Positions 51,111-59,871 of a stretch of DNA of 64,000 bases are shown piece by piece. Under the pieces are notes generated by a model. It was not told the DNA's origin. It searched no databases and was given only the letters and a program-made list of their open reading frames with translations. The DNA is taken from IMG/VR virus record IMGVR_UViG_3300035670_008414. One strand, written 5' to 3'. Each line of letters starts with the position of its first letter. Positions within the stretch are counted from its first letter, which is position 1. The stretch is from an uncultured virus (IMG/VR IMGVR_UViG_3300035670_008414). Taxonomy: Duplodnaviria; Heunggongvirae; Uroviricota; Caudoviricetes. The position numbers and the translations under genes are program-made.

Positions 51111-52857
51111 ACTTTCAAAAAAAATACTTGAACATTTTGATTTAGAGGGGGATTGGGATGAAATGATTTTCACAGGTCATAATCCTACTTCTAGCGATGT
51201 TAATTTTAATTTTTTTGATTTATTAATTACTCAGCAAACTAATGTTCCGAATACTCCGTATGGATATGTTCAGCCACCTGCATTAGTTTCTTCTACAATT
51301 ACTCCTCCCCCCTCTATTTTAAATTATCCTACAATAGATACATTAGGTACTTATCCTTTTTTTGTTAGGAATAATACTTTAAAATATGATAGTGTGCATA
51401 GTAGAATGTATATGACTTACTATGCAGTTCCTAGACTAACATGGCAAGATTCAACTAATAATTTTTATAGTTCTAGTATTTTGCTTGTAGGAATGGCAGA
51501 TGTTATTGATACTGCAATTTCAACTACTTCAAATAAGTTGATATTAATTTCGACAATAGGAAATATTATAATTGTAGATACAACTACAAATACTATAATA
51601 GCTAACTTTTTATCCCCTGCATCTCCCGATGCACATAGGCAAGTAGAATGGAATAGTGTAAAAAACACTTGGTATATTACTTCTATAAATGGAAACATAA
51701 TAGAAGTTGATTGTGTTACAAATGCGGTAGTTTCATTTTTTAATGTAGGAGCTGGTAAAAGACCTTATGGATTAACTTTCAAGGCTTCTACCAATGAAAT
51801 GTTTGTTACTTATGACACAAATAATGAAATAGCTTCTATAAATTGCACTACAAATGTAGCTAGTGTTATAATTGCAAATACAATTACTACTAATCCTAGA
51901 GTTATATTTTATAATCCAACAACTGATATTGTTACCTATGGTTCAAATATTAGTTTAGGAGTAAGGAGCTTTAATGCTACTACATTAGTATTTGAATCCT
52001 CAGTAATAAATTTAGATATTTTACATATTGGTTATTATCCTTTAGATAACAAGTTATATTTATTACCAGCAAGTAGTAATGTTATAACTATTTTAGATGG
52101 AAATAATTTATCAATTGCAAATAGTGTTACTTCAAATACCCCCAGCATAACTAGTGCTGCTGCATTTTGTCAAATAGAATTTTATCCTCCTAACAATCAA
52201 ATGTTATATAACATAAATGTATTGTTTCCAGTTACTAAATCAAATTTAGTCGGAGTAATTTCATTAGCTCCTCCTAATTTTTGGATTGATGGAAGTGTTG
52301 AATACAATGATACAGTTAGAGATTTTTTCAATAGTCCAGCTTGGGTTCGTAGAATTTATTTTTATTCAAAGACAAAAGAAAATTTGTATCAGGTAATTCA
52401 ACATATTTACAAAGATGCAAATGGAATAGAATGTAATTTCCCGAGAATACCTAGTTTAAGTATAGGAATTAACCAGTTTCAAGATTGGATTGGTGAGTTA
52501 GATTTTCCAACCAATGAATGTATTTTTGGAATCAATCAATGGTTTCAAAATGTGTTAGTTAAATCTAATAGCGAATTAGGTATGCTTTTGATATACAAGC
52601 AAATAGAGAAAGTAAAATTACTTGGAGGTTCTACTGGAAACTTAGGTAAAACTATTTGTGATGAGTATGCTTCATGCCCTAATAAATTAAGAAAATGGAG
52701 TGAAAGAGATTTGTATTTGAATGATTATAGTGTGGTTACTCCTTTCAAGCAAAATATGTTCTTAGGATTAAAAGAAGATGCTGTAAAGCCTTTCGATTTT
52801 TCAATGCTTAAAACTTATGAAATAGAGGAAGGTTGTAAGGGCAAGTGCGATATTTAA
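51103..52857 (+). CDS. Capsid-fold paralogue with inserted beta-propeller (candidate minor capsid/vertex protein)
   Basis: KDANG..C..P and NQFQ shared with 37793; central YVTN/YncE-like blade repeats. Confidence 0.65.
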   Translation: MYKLSKKILEHFDLEGDWDEMIFTGHNPTSSDVNFNFFDLLITQQTNVPNTPYGYVQPPALVSSTITPPPSILNYPTIDTLGTYPFFVRNNTLKYDSVHSRMYMTYYAVPRLTWQDSTNNFYSSSILLVGMADVIDTAISTTSNKLILISTIGNIIIVDTTTNTIIANFLSPASPDAHRQVEWNSVKNTWYITSINGNIIEVDCVTNAVVSFFNVGAGKRPYGLTFKASTNEMFVTYDTNNEIASINCTTNVASVIIANTITTNPRVIFYNPTTDIVTYGSNISLGVRSFNATTLVFESSVINLDILHIGYYPLDNKLYLLPASSNVITILDGNNLSIANSVTSNTPSITSAAAFCQIEFYPPNNQMLYNINVLFPVTKSNLVGVISLAPPNFWIDGSVEYNDTVRDFFNSPAWVRRIYFYSKTKENLYQVIQHIYKDANGIECNFPRIPSLSIGINQFQDWIGELDFPTNECIFGINQWFQNVLVKSNSELGMLLIYKQIEKVKLLGGSTGNLGKTICDEYASCPNKLRKWSERDLYLNDYSVVTPFKQNMFLGLKEDAVKPFDFSMLKTYEIEEGCKGKCDI

Positions 52858-52964
52858 GTTTTACAAATTACTTGTATAATATAAATGTCGATATGTATGT
52901 TAAAAAACTGATTTGAATTGAGTTATATATAGGATATTATAAATTAAATTTACAAAAAAAAATC

Positions 52965-53105
52965 ATGGCAAAGAAAGACAACACTAATCGGATGAAAATG
53001 ATTTCATCTTTAGCAAAAAAAATGTATCAAGAAGGTAAAGCTAAAAAATGGACTGATGCTATTAAAAAAGCTAGTGCAGAATTAAAAAAGCAGGGTAAAA
53101 TCTAA
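52965..53105 (+). CDS. 46-aa basic protein (not in ORF track), possible DNA-condensing protein
   Basis: MAKKDNTNRMKMISSLAKKMYQEGKAKKWTDAIKKASAELKKQGKI. Confidence 0.65.
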   Translation: MAKKDNTNRMKMISSLAKKMYQEGKAKKWTDAIKKASAELKKQGKI

Positions 53106-53341
53106 TGATAGATGAAAATGAAATAGTTGAAACTAATGTAAAGGAGTTGCAAAAAAGTCAAACAGTTAGACTGATTGATGTATTTGTAATTGCTCCTATT
53201 TGTGTTTATGCTGGTTTCAAATATTCAAAGACTATGCCTTATTGGTTAAGTTTGAGCCTGATTGGTATAGGACTTGCGACTTTTGTTTATAATGGAAAAA
53301 ATTATTTAGAGAATAAAAATAATTTAAAATTAGTTGAGTAA
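53105..53341 (+). CDS. Two-TM small protein
   Basis: RLIDVFVIAPICVYAG; WLSLSLIGIGLATFVYNG. Confidence 0.7.
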   Translation: MIDENEIVETNVKELQKSQTVRLIDVFVIAPICVYAGFKYSKTMPYWLSLSLIGIGLATFVYNGKNYLENKNNLKLVE

Positions 53342-55119
53342 TGGGATTAATTGATTGGTTTGATTTTGATAAAAAAATGGCTTTGATTAATCTCGGTCAA
53401 ATTGAAGAATATGCTATAAAGTTAGATAAGATAGTTTCAGATGAATCTGAATTAGAAGATTGGGTTAAAATGAAACTAACTAAGGTTGAGCAAAATATAG
53501 CAGATGTAAAAAAATCTCTTAAAGGTTGGGAAAAATTCGAGGGATATGAAGAAGGAGGTAGAATATTCAAAAAACAATTACTTCATATTGGTAGCTATGC
53601 AAAAGATTTAATTGAAATGATTAAGTCAGGCTCTAAGCTAATGTCATGGCAAGAAAATAAACTTGCTGTAAGTGCAGAATATATTGATGGTATATATCAT
53701 CATTTAGAATATGAAATGGGTAAAAGAGCAAGTGATATTAAAGAATATGCTAATGGTGGCATGGTTAATTATTACGACAAAGATGCAGAGTATAAGATAG
53801 GCAGACCTTCGGGAAGTATTGAAAAAGACATACTTAGTAAAGTCGATTATGAATATTTAAAGCCTTATTTTATTGGAAATTTTGGTTGGAAAACTCCAAA
53901 TGGAAAATTAGCAGATGGGTATTTATTCAGTTTAGATAATTTTGACCAAGATTTAGTAAGAAAAATAAATTTAAAAGAAGGAGAAAAAATTTATAGATAC
54001 TTTAATAGCACTACTGCAATAGGTGGCTCTACTCCATTTATAAAAATAAATTTGTTAAAAGGACTTCTATATTTTTCTATACCAAATGAAAATGATGATA
54101 TTATCTTTGAAACAAAGGGTATTAAATCAGAATGGATAAATTTAATTTCGGATAAATATGCTAATGGAGGTGCTATTGATACTTTTCCAAAATCAATAAA
54201 AGATAAAATTGATGAAATAAATTCACTTATTGAATGGTCAAAAGATAAGGAAAATTTAGTAGGAGGTTATTTTGGAGGTACTTACTATGAGTATTTAGAT
54301 TTTGAAAAACCGATTACAATTAAAAATAATTTTGTTTATATAGAATACAATCAAGGTGGTGGAAAGGAATCAAAAGAAAGATACAATGTAAACAAAAAAA
54401 GTCAATTTGATAGTTATGGTTTATATGAGCTAAAAAAAGAACTTATGAGAATACATGGTGCTTTCAAAAGAGCAAAGAAAAAATATGATGAAAAAGGCTA
54501 TTTTGATAATGGAGGTAATATTCAAGAAGATTTTGATTGGAATAAACTTTTTGAACCTCTATCTGAAATGGAACAAAATATTCTAAATGAAAGAATAAGA
54601 AAAGAAGAATCAGAACTTACTACAAAGGAGAAAGATAGTTGGGCGAAACAAATAAGAGCTAGTGGCAATAATTGGAATGAAGCCTTTATTCGTAGAGTAA
54701 ATTCAGCAAAACATAACATTGATAAATTTATTGAGTGGTCAAATAAAAAATATGGAGAAGAAAAAGCTCAATCTTATTTTTCTTATGCTTTAGAAGATAT
54801 TGATAGCATTAGAGAATTAAGATATGGTGCTTTAAGATATGCAAATAATTTAGAAAAAAGGCTTCGTGAAGCATACGACCAATACTTTGTAAAAGGAGTA
54901 AAGAAATTCGATATTGGAGGAGACATAGAGGATTTATCAATAGCTTCTAAAACATTCTCTAAAACTTCCGAAATGTTAGTTAGGGAAAATTTAAAAGATG
55001 GAGAAATTTGTGTTTGTAAATTAAAAAAGATTCTAGGTCATGAACCTGAATATCCATTTCAAATTGTAGGAAGTTTGAAATTAGAAAAAGTATTTTTAAA
55101 ACCTTATTATAAAATTTAA
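53341..55119 (+). CDS. Polyprotein of GG-delimited modules + C-terminal tag
   Basis: Two helical repeats (L.I..YA..L....L..W...KL); YEEGG, YANGG x2, FDNGG, FDIGG; ILGHEPEYP...FLKPYYKI. Confidence 0.75.
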   Translation: MGLIDWFDFDKKMALINLGQIEEYAIKLDKIVSDESELEDWVKMKLTKVEQNIADVKKSLKGWEKFEGYEEGGRIFKKQLLHIGSYAKDLIEMIKSGSKLMSWQENKLAVSAEYIDGIYHHLEYEMGKRASDIKEYANGGMVNYYDKDAEYKIGRPSGSIEKDILSKVDYEYLKPYFIGNFGWKTPNGKLADGYLFSLDNFDQDLVRKINLKEGEKIYRYFNSTTAIGGSTPFIKINLLKGLLYFSIPNENDDIIFETKGIKSEWINLISDKYANGGAIDTFPKSIKDKIDEINSLIEWSKDKENLVGGYFGGTYYEYLDFEKPITIKNNFVYIEYNQGGGKESKERYNVNKKSQFDSYGLYELKKELMRIHGAFKRAKKKYDEKGYFDNGGNIQEDFDWNKLFEPLSEMEQNILNERIRKEESELTTKEKDSWAKQIRASGNNWNEAFIRRVNSAKHNIDKFIEWSNKKYGEEKAQSYFSYALEDIDSIRELRYGALRYANNLEKRLREAYDQYFVKGVKKFDIGGDIEDLSIASKTFSKTSEMLVRENLKDGEICVCKLKKILGHEPEYPFQIVGSLKLEKVFLKPYYKI

Positions 55120-55133
55120 CTCAAAAAACAATC

Positions 55134-55547
55134 ATGGCAAAAAAATCAAAAACTCCTAGTAGAGATAAAAAAGTTAAGGCAAAGCCTTCTGGTTATCGTT
55201 TTAAAACTAAGGACATCGAGGGATTAACTAAAAAAGATGGTACTCTAAACAAAAAGGGTAAAAAATTATATTTTAAAAGACCTACAAAAGCAGAGGTAGA
55301 AAAATATAAGAAGCAAGATGGGGAATACCCTAGTGAAACAAAACAAGTTTACAAAGAAGTAAGAGAGGAAAGAGGGGATGCTAACTTGAAAAAAAAGTTT
55401 AACGAAGGAGGTAATGTAGTAGTTGAAATGAGCATAGAAGAAATGAGAAATGCTTTAGGTAGAGAGCCTAAATATCCTTATGATTTTATTGCAGGTAAAA
55501 AATACACAAAGTGTTTTTTAAGACCATACTATAAAACCGAAGAATAA
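55134..55547 (+). CDS. Basic module - FNEGG - C-terminal tag
   Basis: K/R-rich N-module; ALGREPKYPYDFIAGKKYTKCFLRPYY. Confidence 0.75.
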   Translation: MAKKSKTPSRDKKVKAKPSGYRFKTKDIEGLTKKDGTLNKKGKKLYFKRPTKAEVEKYKKQDGEYPSETKQVYKEVREERGDANLKKKFNEGGNVVVEMSIEEMRNALGREPKYPYDFIAGKKYTKCFLRPYYKTEE

Positions 55548-55553
55548 AAAATT

Positions 55554-55856
55554 ATGAGTAAGGAATTAAAAATAATTTTAGCAACAATAGGAGTAACTGC
55601 TGGTGCTTATTTTTTATATGATTTTTATAAAAGATATAGACTTGAAAAAGCTTTAGGTAATTGTGCTGATTTTATAAAGGATGGATTTGTTTACGATACT
55701 AACTACCAACAAAGTTATTCAAAGAAAGCTGGAGATTGGGCAGGTTGTAATGTCGTAAATGATGAAAGCAATCCAGCTTATTATAAAGCAATAAATACTA
55801 AAAGTCAATCTATTAGGCTTTTAAAGAGTGATGTATTACTTAGAAATCCATTATAA
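55554..55856 (+). CDS. N-anchored membrane protein
   Basis: IILATIGVTAGAYFLY. Confidence 0.7.
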   Translation: MSKELKIILATIGVTAGAYFLYDFYKRYRLEKALGNCADFIKDGFVYDTNYQQSYSKKAGDWAGCNVVNDESNPAYYKAINTKSQSIRLLKSDVLLRNPL

Positions 55857-55867
55857 AAATATTCAAT

Positions 55868-56428
55868 ATGAATAGAGAATTATTGATGAAAAGAGATGAG
55901 CTACTACAAAATGAGCTAATGAAAAAAGAAGAATCTGAAAATAAATTAGATTCTATTTTAGCTTCTGGCAGGTGGATAGCTTCGACAGGAGAAGAAATTA
56001 CTGAAAATTCAACTCCAGATATGGATGATTGGGGATGGGATGATTACTGGTCTTGCGAAGATTGGATGGCATGGCATAAAATAATGAAAGAAAAAAAGGG
56101 TAAGCAATTTGCCGATTCTACTTTTTTAAGTTGGTGGAACAAATTAGGTAGCTTTGCAGCAACTTATAATTGTCGTTCTTTTAATACAGCTTTTAGAGAT
56201 TACTTTAGAAAAGAAAATTTATTATCTGCTTTATATTCTGGTATTGGAATAATTGCTGCTCCTATTGGAGTAGGTACTGATGTAGCTGGTGCTGCTTCTG
56301 ATGTAATAGTTGGAACAGCACAAGGAGTAGGTTCGGTTGCTAAGACATTAAAATATTTAGTTCCTATATTAGTTTTAGGAGGAGTAATTTATGGAGGATT
56401 TTATATTTATAAACAATTAAAAAAATAA
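55868..56428 (+). CDS. Trp-rich membrane protein with C-terminal TM
   Basis: DDWGWDDYWSCEDWMAWH; LVPILVLGGVIYGGFYIY. Confidence 0.75.
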   Translation: MNRELLMKRDELLQNELMKKEESENKLDSILASGRWIASTGEEITENSTPDMDDWGWDDYWSCEDWMAWHKIMKEKKGKQFADSTFLSWWNKLGSFAATYNCRSFNTAFRDYFRKENLLSALYSGIGIIAAPIGVGTDVAGAASDVIVGTAQGVGSVAKTLKYLVPILVLGGVIYGGFYIYKQLKK

Positions 56429-56432
56429 AAAA

Positions 56433-56624
56433 ATGAATACACTAGGAAAAGTAGTTGATGCAACAGTATTAGTAGGCTCAACAATCGTTGGTTATCAAGC
56501 AATTAAAACAATTTCTGCTGGTATTAAAAGCAAAAGTACAACAGTAACAGTTTTAGGCTCTATTACTTTATTGATTGGTATTTATGCTTTTAAAGAAGCT
56601 ATGAGAAAGATAAACGAGGAATAA
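56433..56624 (+). CDS. Two-TM small protein
   Basis: Hydrophobic segments. Confidence 0.65.
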   Translation: MNTLGKVVDATVLVGSTIVGYQAIKTISAGIKSKSTTVTVLGSITLLIGIYAFKEAMRKINEE

Positions 56625-56635
56625 TATTTTTAAAA

Positions 56636-57334
56636 ATGAAAAAAAATAAAACTTTACTTTGGGTAGGTATAGCTTCTGCATTATTAATTGGTGGAGGGTT
56701 GTTTTGGCTTTTTAAAACTAAAAAAGAAGCCGAAGAATTAGAAAAAAAGAAAAAAGAAGAAGAAGAAAAATTAAAGGAACAAGAGCAACCTGTTTCTATA
56801 CCTCAAAGCACTTCAATAGTATCAGAAAGTCCATTTAAAAATAAAATTGAAGGAGATAAATTTAGAAAGTGGATGCAATCATTTGCACCTAGCTTTAGGG
56901 ATTCTCAGGGAGAAAAATTAGACCCTTCTGGAAGTTTTAATAATAGAACTATTATTGAAGCTTATGAAATGTATAAAAACGAATATGCTTCATTTTTATC
57001 TGGAAAACCAGCAAATCAAAATAATGCTTCTACCACTTCCTCTACTAGTTCATTGAAAAGTGGAGATACTATTTATAGTAAAAAAGTTGGTAATTTAGGG
57101 ATTTATAATATTCCATCGACAAGAGCTTATGTAGGTAATACTATAATAAGAGAAAAAGAAAAATCTAATCCAATAGGAACATTTATTTCTGATTCAACAG
57201 AAGGTTTCGCAAAAGTTAAGATAAATATTCCATACTATATTGATTTTACAAGTCCTACTAAAGCTTTTGGTTGGAATGAAACTCCTAAAGAGTTTTATGT
57301 TTTCAAGAGTTTTATAACAAATAAGAAACCATAA
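56636..57334 (+). CDS. N-anchored membrane protein
   Basis: LLWVGIASALLIGGGLFWLF; two small domains separated by S/T linkers. Confidence 0.75.
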   Translation: MKKNKTLLWVGIASALLIGGGLFWLFKTKKEAEELEKKKKEEEEKLKEQEQPVSIPQSTSIVSESPFKNKIEGDKFRKWMQSFAPSFRDSQGEKLDPSGSFNNRTIIEAYEMYKNEYASFLSGKPANQNNASTTSSTSSLKSGDTIYSKKVGNLGIYNIPSTRAYVGNTIIREKEKSNPIGTFISDSTEGFAKVKINIPYYIDFTSPTKAFGWNETPKEFYVFKSFITNKKP

Positions 57335-57353
57335 AAATTATATTTACCTCTAA

Positions 57354-57794
57354 ATGAAAGAAGGAAGAAATAGAGTATATGTAGCAAAAGAAAAACTTGA
57401 ACTATTAAGACCTAATAGTAAGAGTGATGGATTTTTGGAAAAAGATGATGCTATTTATGTTATTAAAAGATTTAAGATTGATGATAAGAGTTATTTTCAA
57501 TTTAGAGTAATTAAATTTTTTGAAACTAAAAATGAAACAAATACTTATACTTCCGAAATAAAATATTTTAAAAAGATGTTTCCAAAGATTGAAAAATCTT
57601 CAATAACAGGAGAAACTGAAAATAGTAACAAAAAAAATTATAAAGTTCCTATACTAACTACATTAGGAGGAGGAGCTTTAGGTTATCTTTTTGGAAATAA
57701 GTTCGGAGGTACTATTAAATGGATTATAGGAGGGATGATTATAGGCGGTGCAGTTGGGATATATTTAATTAAAAATAAAGATGAAAAAAAATAA
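57354..57794 (+). CDS. Membrane protein with C-terminal Gly-zipper TMs
   Basis: LGGGALGYLFG; IIGGMIIGGAVG. Confidence 0.7.
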   Translation: MKEGRNRVYVAKEKLELLRPNSKSDGFLEKDDAIYVIKRFKIDDKSYFQFRVIKFFETKNETNTYTSEIKYFKKMFPKIEKSSITGETENSNKKNYKVPILTTLGGGALGYLFGNKFGGTIKWIIGGMIIGGAVGIYLIKNKDEKK

Positions 57795-58266
57795 AGGAAT
57801 TGTAATTATCGGTGGCTTATTACTTTTAGGAGTTGGATTATATTTTATTTTTAGAAAGCCTAAGAAAAAAATAGAAGATAAAAAAATAGGAGAATCTAAG
57901 ATTTTAAAAGATGCTTATGATAATCTTGTATTTGAAACAAATAAAGATGTTATAAAGCCAGTTTCATTTCCTTTTTTAGATGAAGTTGCTAATGTATTAA
58001 GGGAAGCTCCTACTTGGACACTAAACCTAGAAGGACATACCGATAATGTAGGTTCTGATTCATACAACTTAGATTTATCTCAAAAAAGAGCCGATGCAGT
58101 AAAGAAATATTTGGTTGAACAAGGAATATCAGAAAATAGGATAACTGCTAAAGGATTTGGAGAAAGTAAGCCGATAGCTGATAATTCTACTCCAGAGGGT
58201 AGAGAAAAAAATAGGAGAGTAGAATTTAAGATTGTAAAAACAAATATTCAAAGTATTTTAGTGTAA
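57781..58266 (+). CDS. N-anchored OmpA-C (peptidoglycan-binding) domain protein
   Basis: FETNK, LEGHTDNVG, NLDLSQKRADAVK, GFGESKP, NRRVE. Confidence 0.9.
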   Translation: MKKNKGIVIIGGLLLLGVGLYFIFRKPKKKIEDKKIGESKILKDAYDNLVFETNKDVIKPVSFPFLDEVANVLREAPTWTLNLEGHTDNVGSDSYNLDLSQKRADAVKKYLVEQGISENRITAKGFGESKPIADNSTPEGREKNRRVEFKIVKTNIQSILV

Positions 58267-58655
58267 TGGATTTTAGCAAGATTAAGAATAATAAAGCTAT
58301 ACAAATAGGTCTTATAATAATAGTTCCAACTGTTATTGTAGCAGGATATTTTGGATATAAATTTGTCAAAAGAAAAATTGATGAAAGAAAAGAAAGTCAA
58401 TTTGTATTAGACATGAGGGAAAAATATAAAAACATAAACAATGTTGATGATTTTATAGAAGGGATTAAGTATGTTAAGCAACCTATTCAATACGGATATG
58501 ACTTGAAATTATTTCAAAATTTGAAAGAAAAATTGAATGATTTCGATTTTGAAGAAATTAAAGACATATATGAGCTAATTAAAAAGCCTTTGAATGAAAG
58601 AAATGAAGAAGAAAATCAAAAAGTATTGATTTTTTTAAGTAATATAACTGAATAA
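58266..58655 (+). CDS. N-anchored membrane protein
   Basis: IGLIIIVPTVIVAGYFGY. Confidence 0.7.
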   Translation: MDFSKIKNNKAIQIGLIIIVPTVIVAGYFGYKFVKRKIDERKESQFVLDMREKYKNINNVDDFIEGIKYVKQPIQYGYDLKLFQNLKEKLNDFDFEEIKDIYELIKKPLNERNEEENQKVLIFLSNITE

Positions 58656-58657
58656 TC

Positions 58658-59185
58658 ATGGAATTTACACCGAAACTTAGAAATAGATTAATTATTGGAG
58701 GTTTAGCTGTTGCTGGTATTACATTGTTACTTTATTTAAGGAGACAATATAACTTGTTATATAATGCTGTTTACACAATATCTGGGGGTATAATTCATAA
58801 TTTGGGATTAGATAAGGTAAAAATGACCTTGTTCCTTAAAATAGCTAATGAAAGCGATTTAATGATTGAAATTTCAAATTTAGATTTGAGTATTTATGTA
58901 AATAAAATGTTTATTACAAGGATTAAAAGACCTGAAAAACAAGTTATTCAAGCAAAATCCGATGCTATTATAAAATTAGATGTTGAATTTAATCCTAAAG
59001 ACTTATTGAAAGCAGGATTAACAAACATAGAGCCAATACTTTATGATAATGAAAAGCTTGTTATTACTACTAAGGGAACTCTATCAGCTAAAACTGGAAT
59101 TGTTACCTTAACTAAATTTCCTTTTTCTGTTGATATTACTCTAAAAGAATTGTTAGAGCCATCTCCAGAAAAGAAAAAAAAGTAA
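58658..59185 (+). CDS. N-anchored LEA_2-like beta-sandwich protein
   Basis: TM then LKIANESD...ISNLDLSIYVN....I. Confidence 0.65.
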   Translation: MEFTPKLRNRLIIGGLAVAGITLLLYLRRQYNLLYNAVYTISGGIIHNLGLDKVKMTLFLKIANESDLMIEISNLDLSIYVNKMFITRIKRPEKQVIQAKSDAIIKLDVEFNPKDLLKAGLTNIEPILYDNEKLVITTKGTLSAKTGIVTLTKFPFSVDITLKELLEPSPEKKKK

Positions 59186-59215
59186 TACATTTGTATTTAA
59201 ACCAAAGAAATCAAA

Positions 59216-59578
59216 ATGATAAGAGAAACATTGCAAAATGCTATTCGTTCTTTAAGTAATAAACATGGTATTAGCGAAAAAGATTTAAGAATTGCTATTT
59301 CGAGACCTAATAAAAATCTCCGATATGAAATAATGAAAAATGGAGATGTTTTAGAGGAAACAAATATTGCAACTGCCTTAAATCTAAATTCTATTGTTGC
59401 ATTTATGGTTGGTAATAGAATCAATGCTATTGTTGATAGTATAGCAAAAGATTATAAAATAGACCAATCAAAATTGAATGTAAGAATTTACACTAAGACT
59501 GAGGATTGTGAACCATTACTTTACTTATTTGAAGGGAAAACACCTGTTACAGCATTGGATTTGAATAAATTTATTTAA
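59216..59578 (+). CDS. Hypothetical protein
   Basis: Preceded by tacatttg (-7) and aaccaaagaa. Confidence 0.7.
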   Translation: MIRETLQNAIRSLSNKHGISEKDLRIAISRPNKNLRYEIMKNGDVLEETNIATALNLNSIVAFMVGNRINAIVDSIAKDYKIDQSKLNVRIYTKTEDCEPLLYLFEGKTPVTALDLNKFI

Positions 59579-59588
59579 TTTCAATATA

Positions 59589-59861
59589 ATGGGTTTTGAA
59601 AAAAAACAAAAATTGTTCACTTATGTATTAAGTGGTACGACATTAACAATTACAGAAGATGATGGTATTACTGCCATTGCTCTTAAACTAACTGCTGGTG
59701 CAGGAACTTATCAGGGAACTAAAGCCTTGAAAACAGTTACTTCGACAACTATTCCTTTGGTAGTTGGAGAGCCAGTAACAATTAGTTCAGAACAAACTAA
59801 GTATATTGATGAATTAATCATTGATGGTTCTGCTGGTACTATTGAAATTATTGCTCGTTAA
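59589..59861 (+). CDS. Small beta-rich structural protein
   Basis: Thr/Gly/Ile-rich; precedes fibre gene. Confidence 0.65.
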   Translation: MGFEKKQKLFTYVLSGTTLTITEDDGITAIALKLTAGAGTYQGTKALKTVTSTTIPLVVGEPVTISSEQTKYIDELIIDGSAGTIEIIAR

Positions 59862-59871
59862 AACTTAATAT

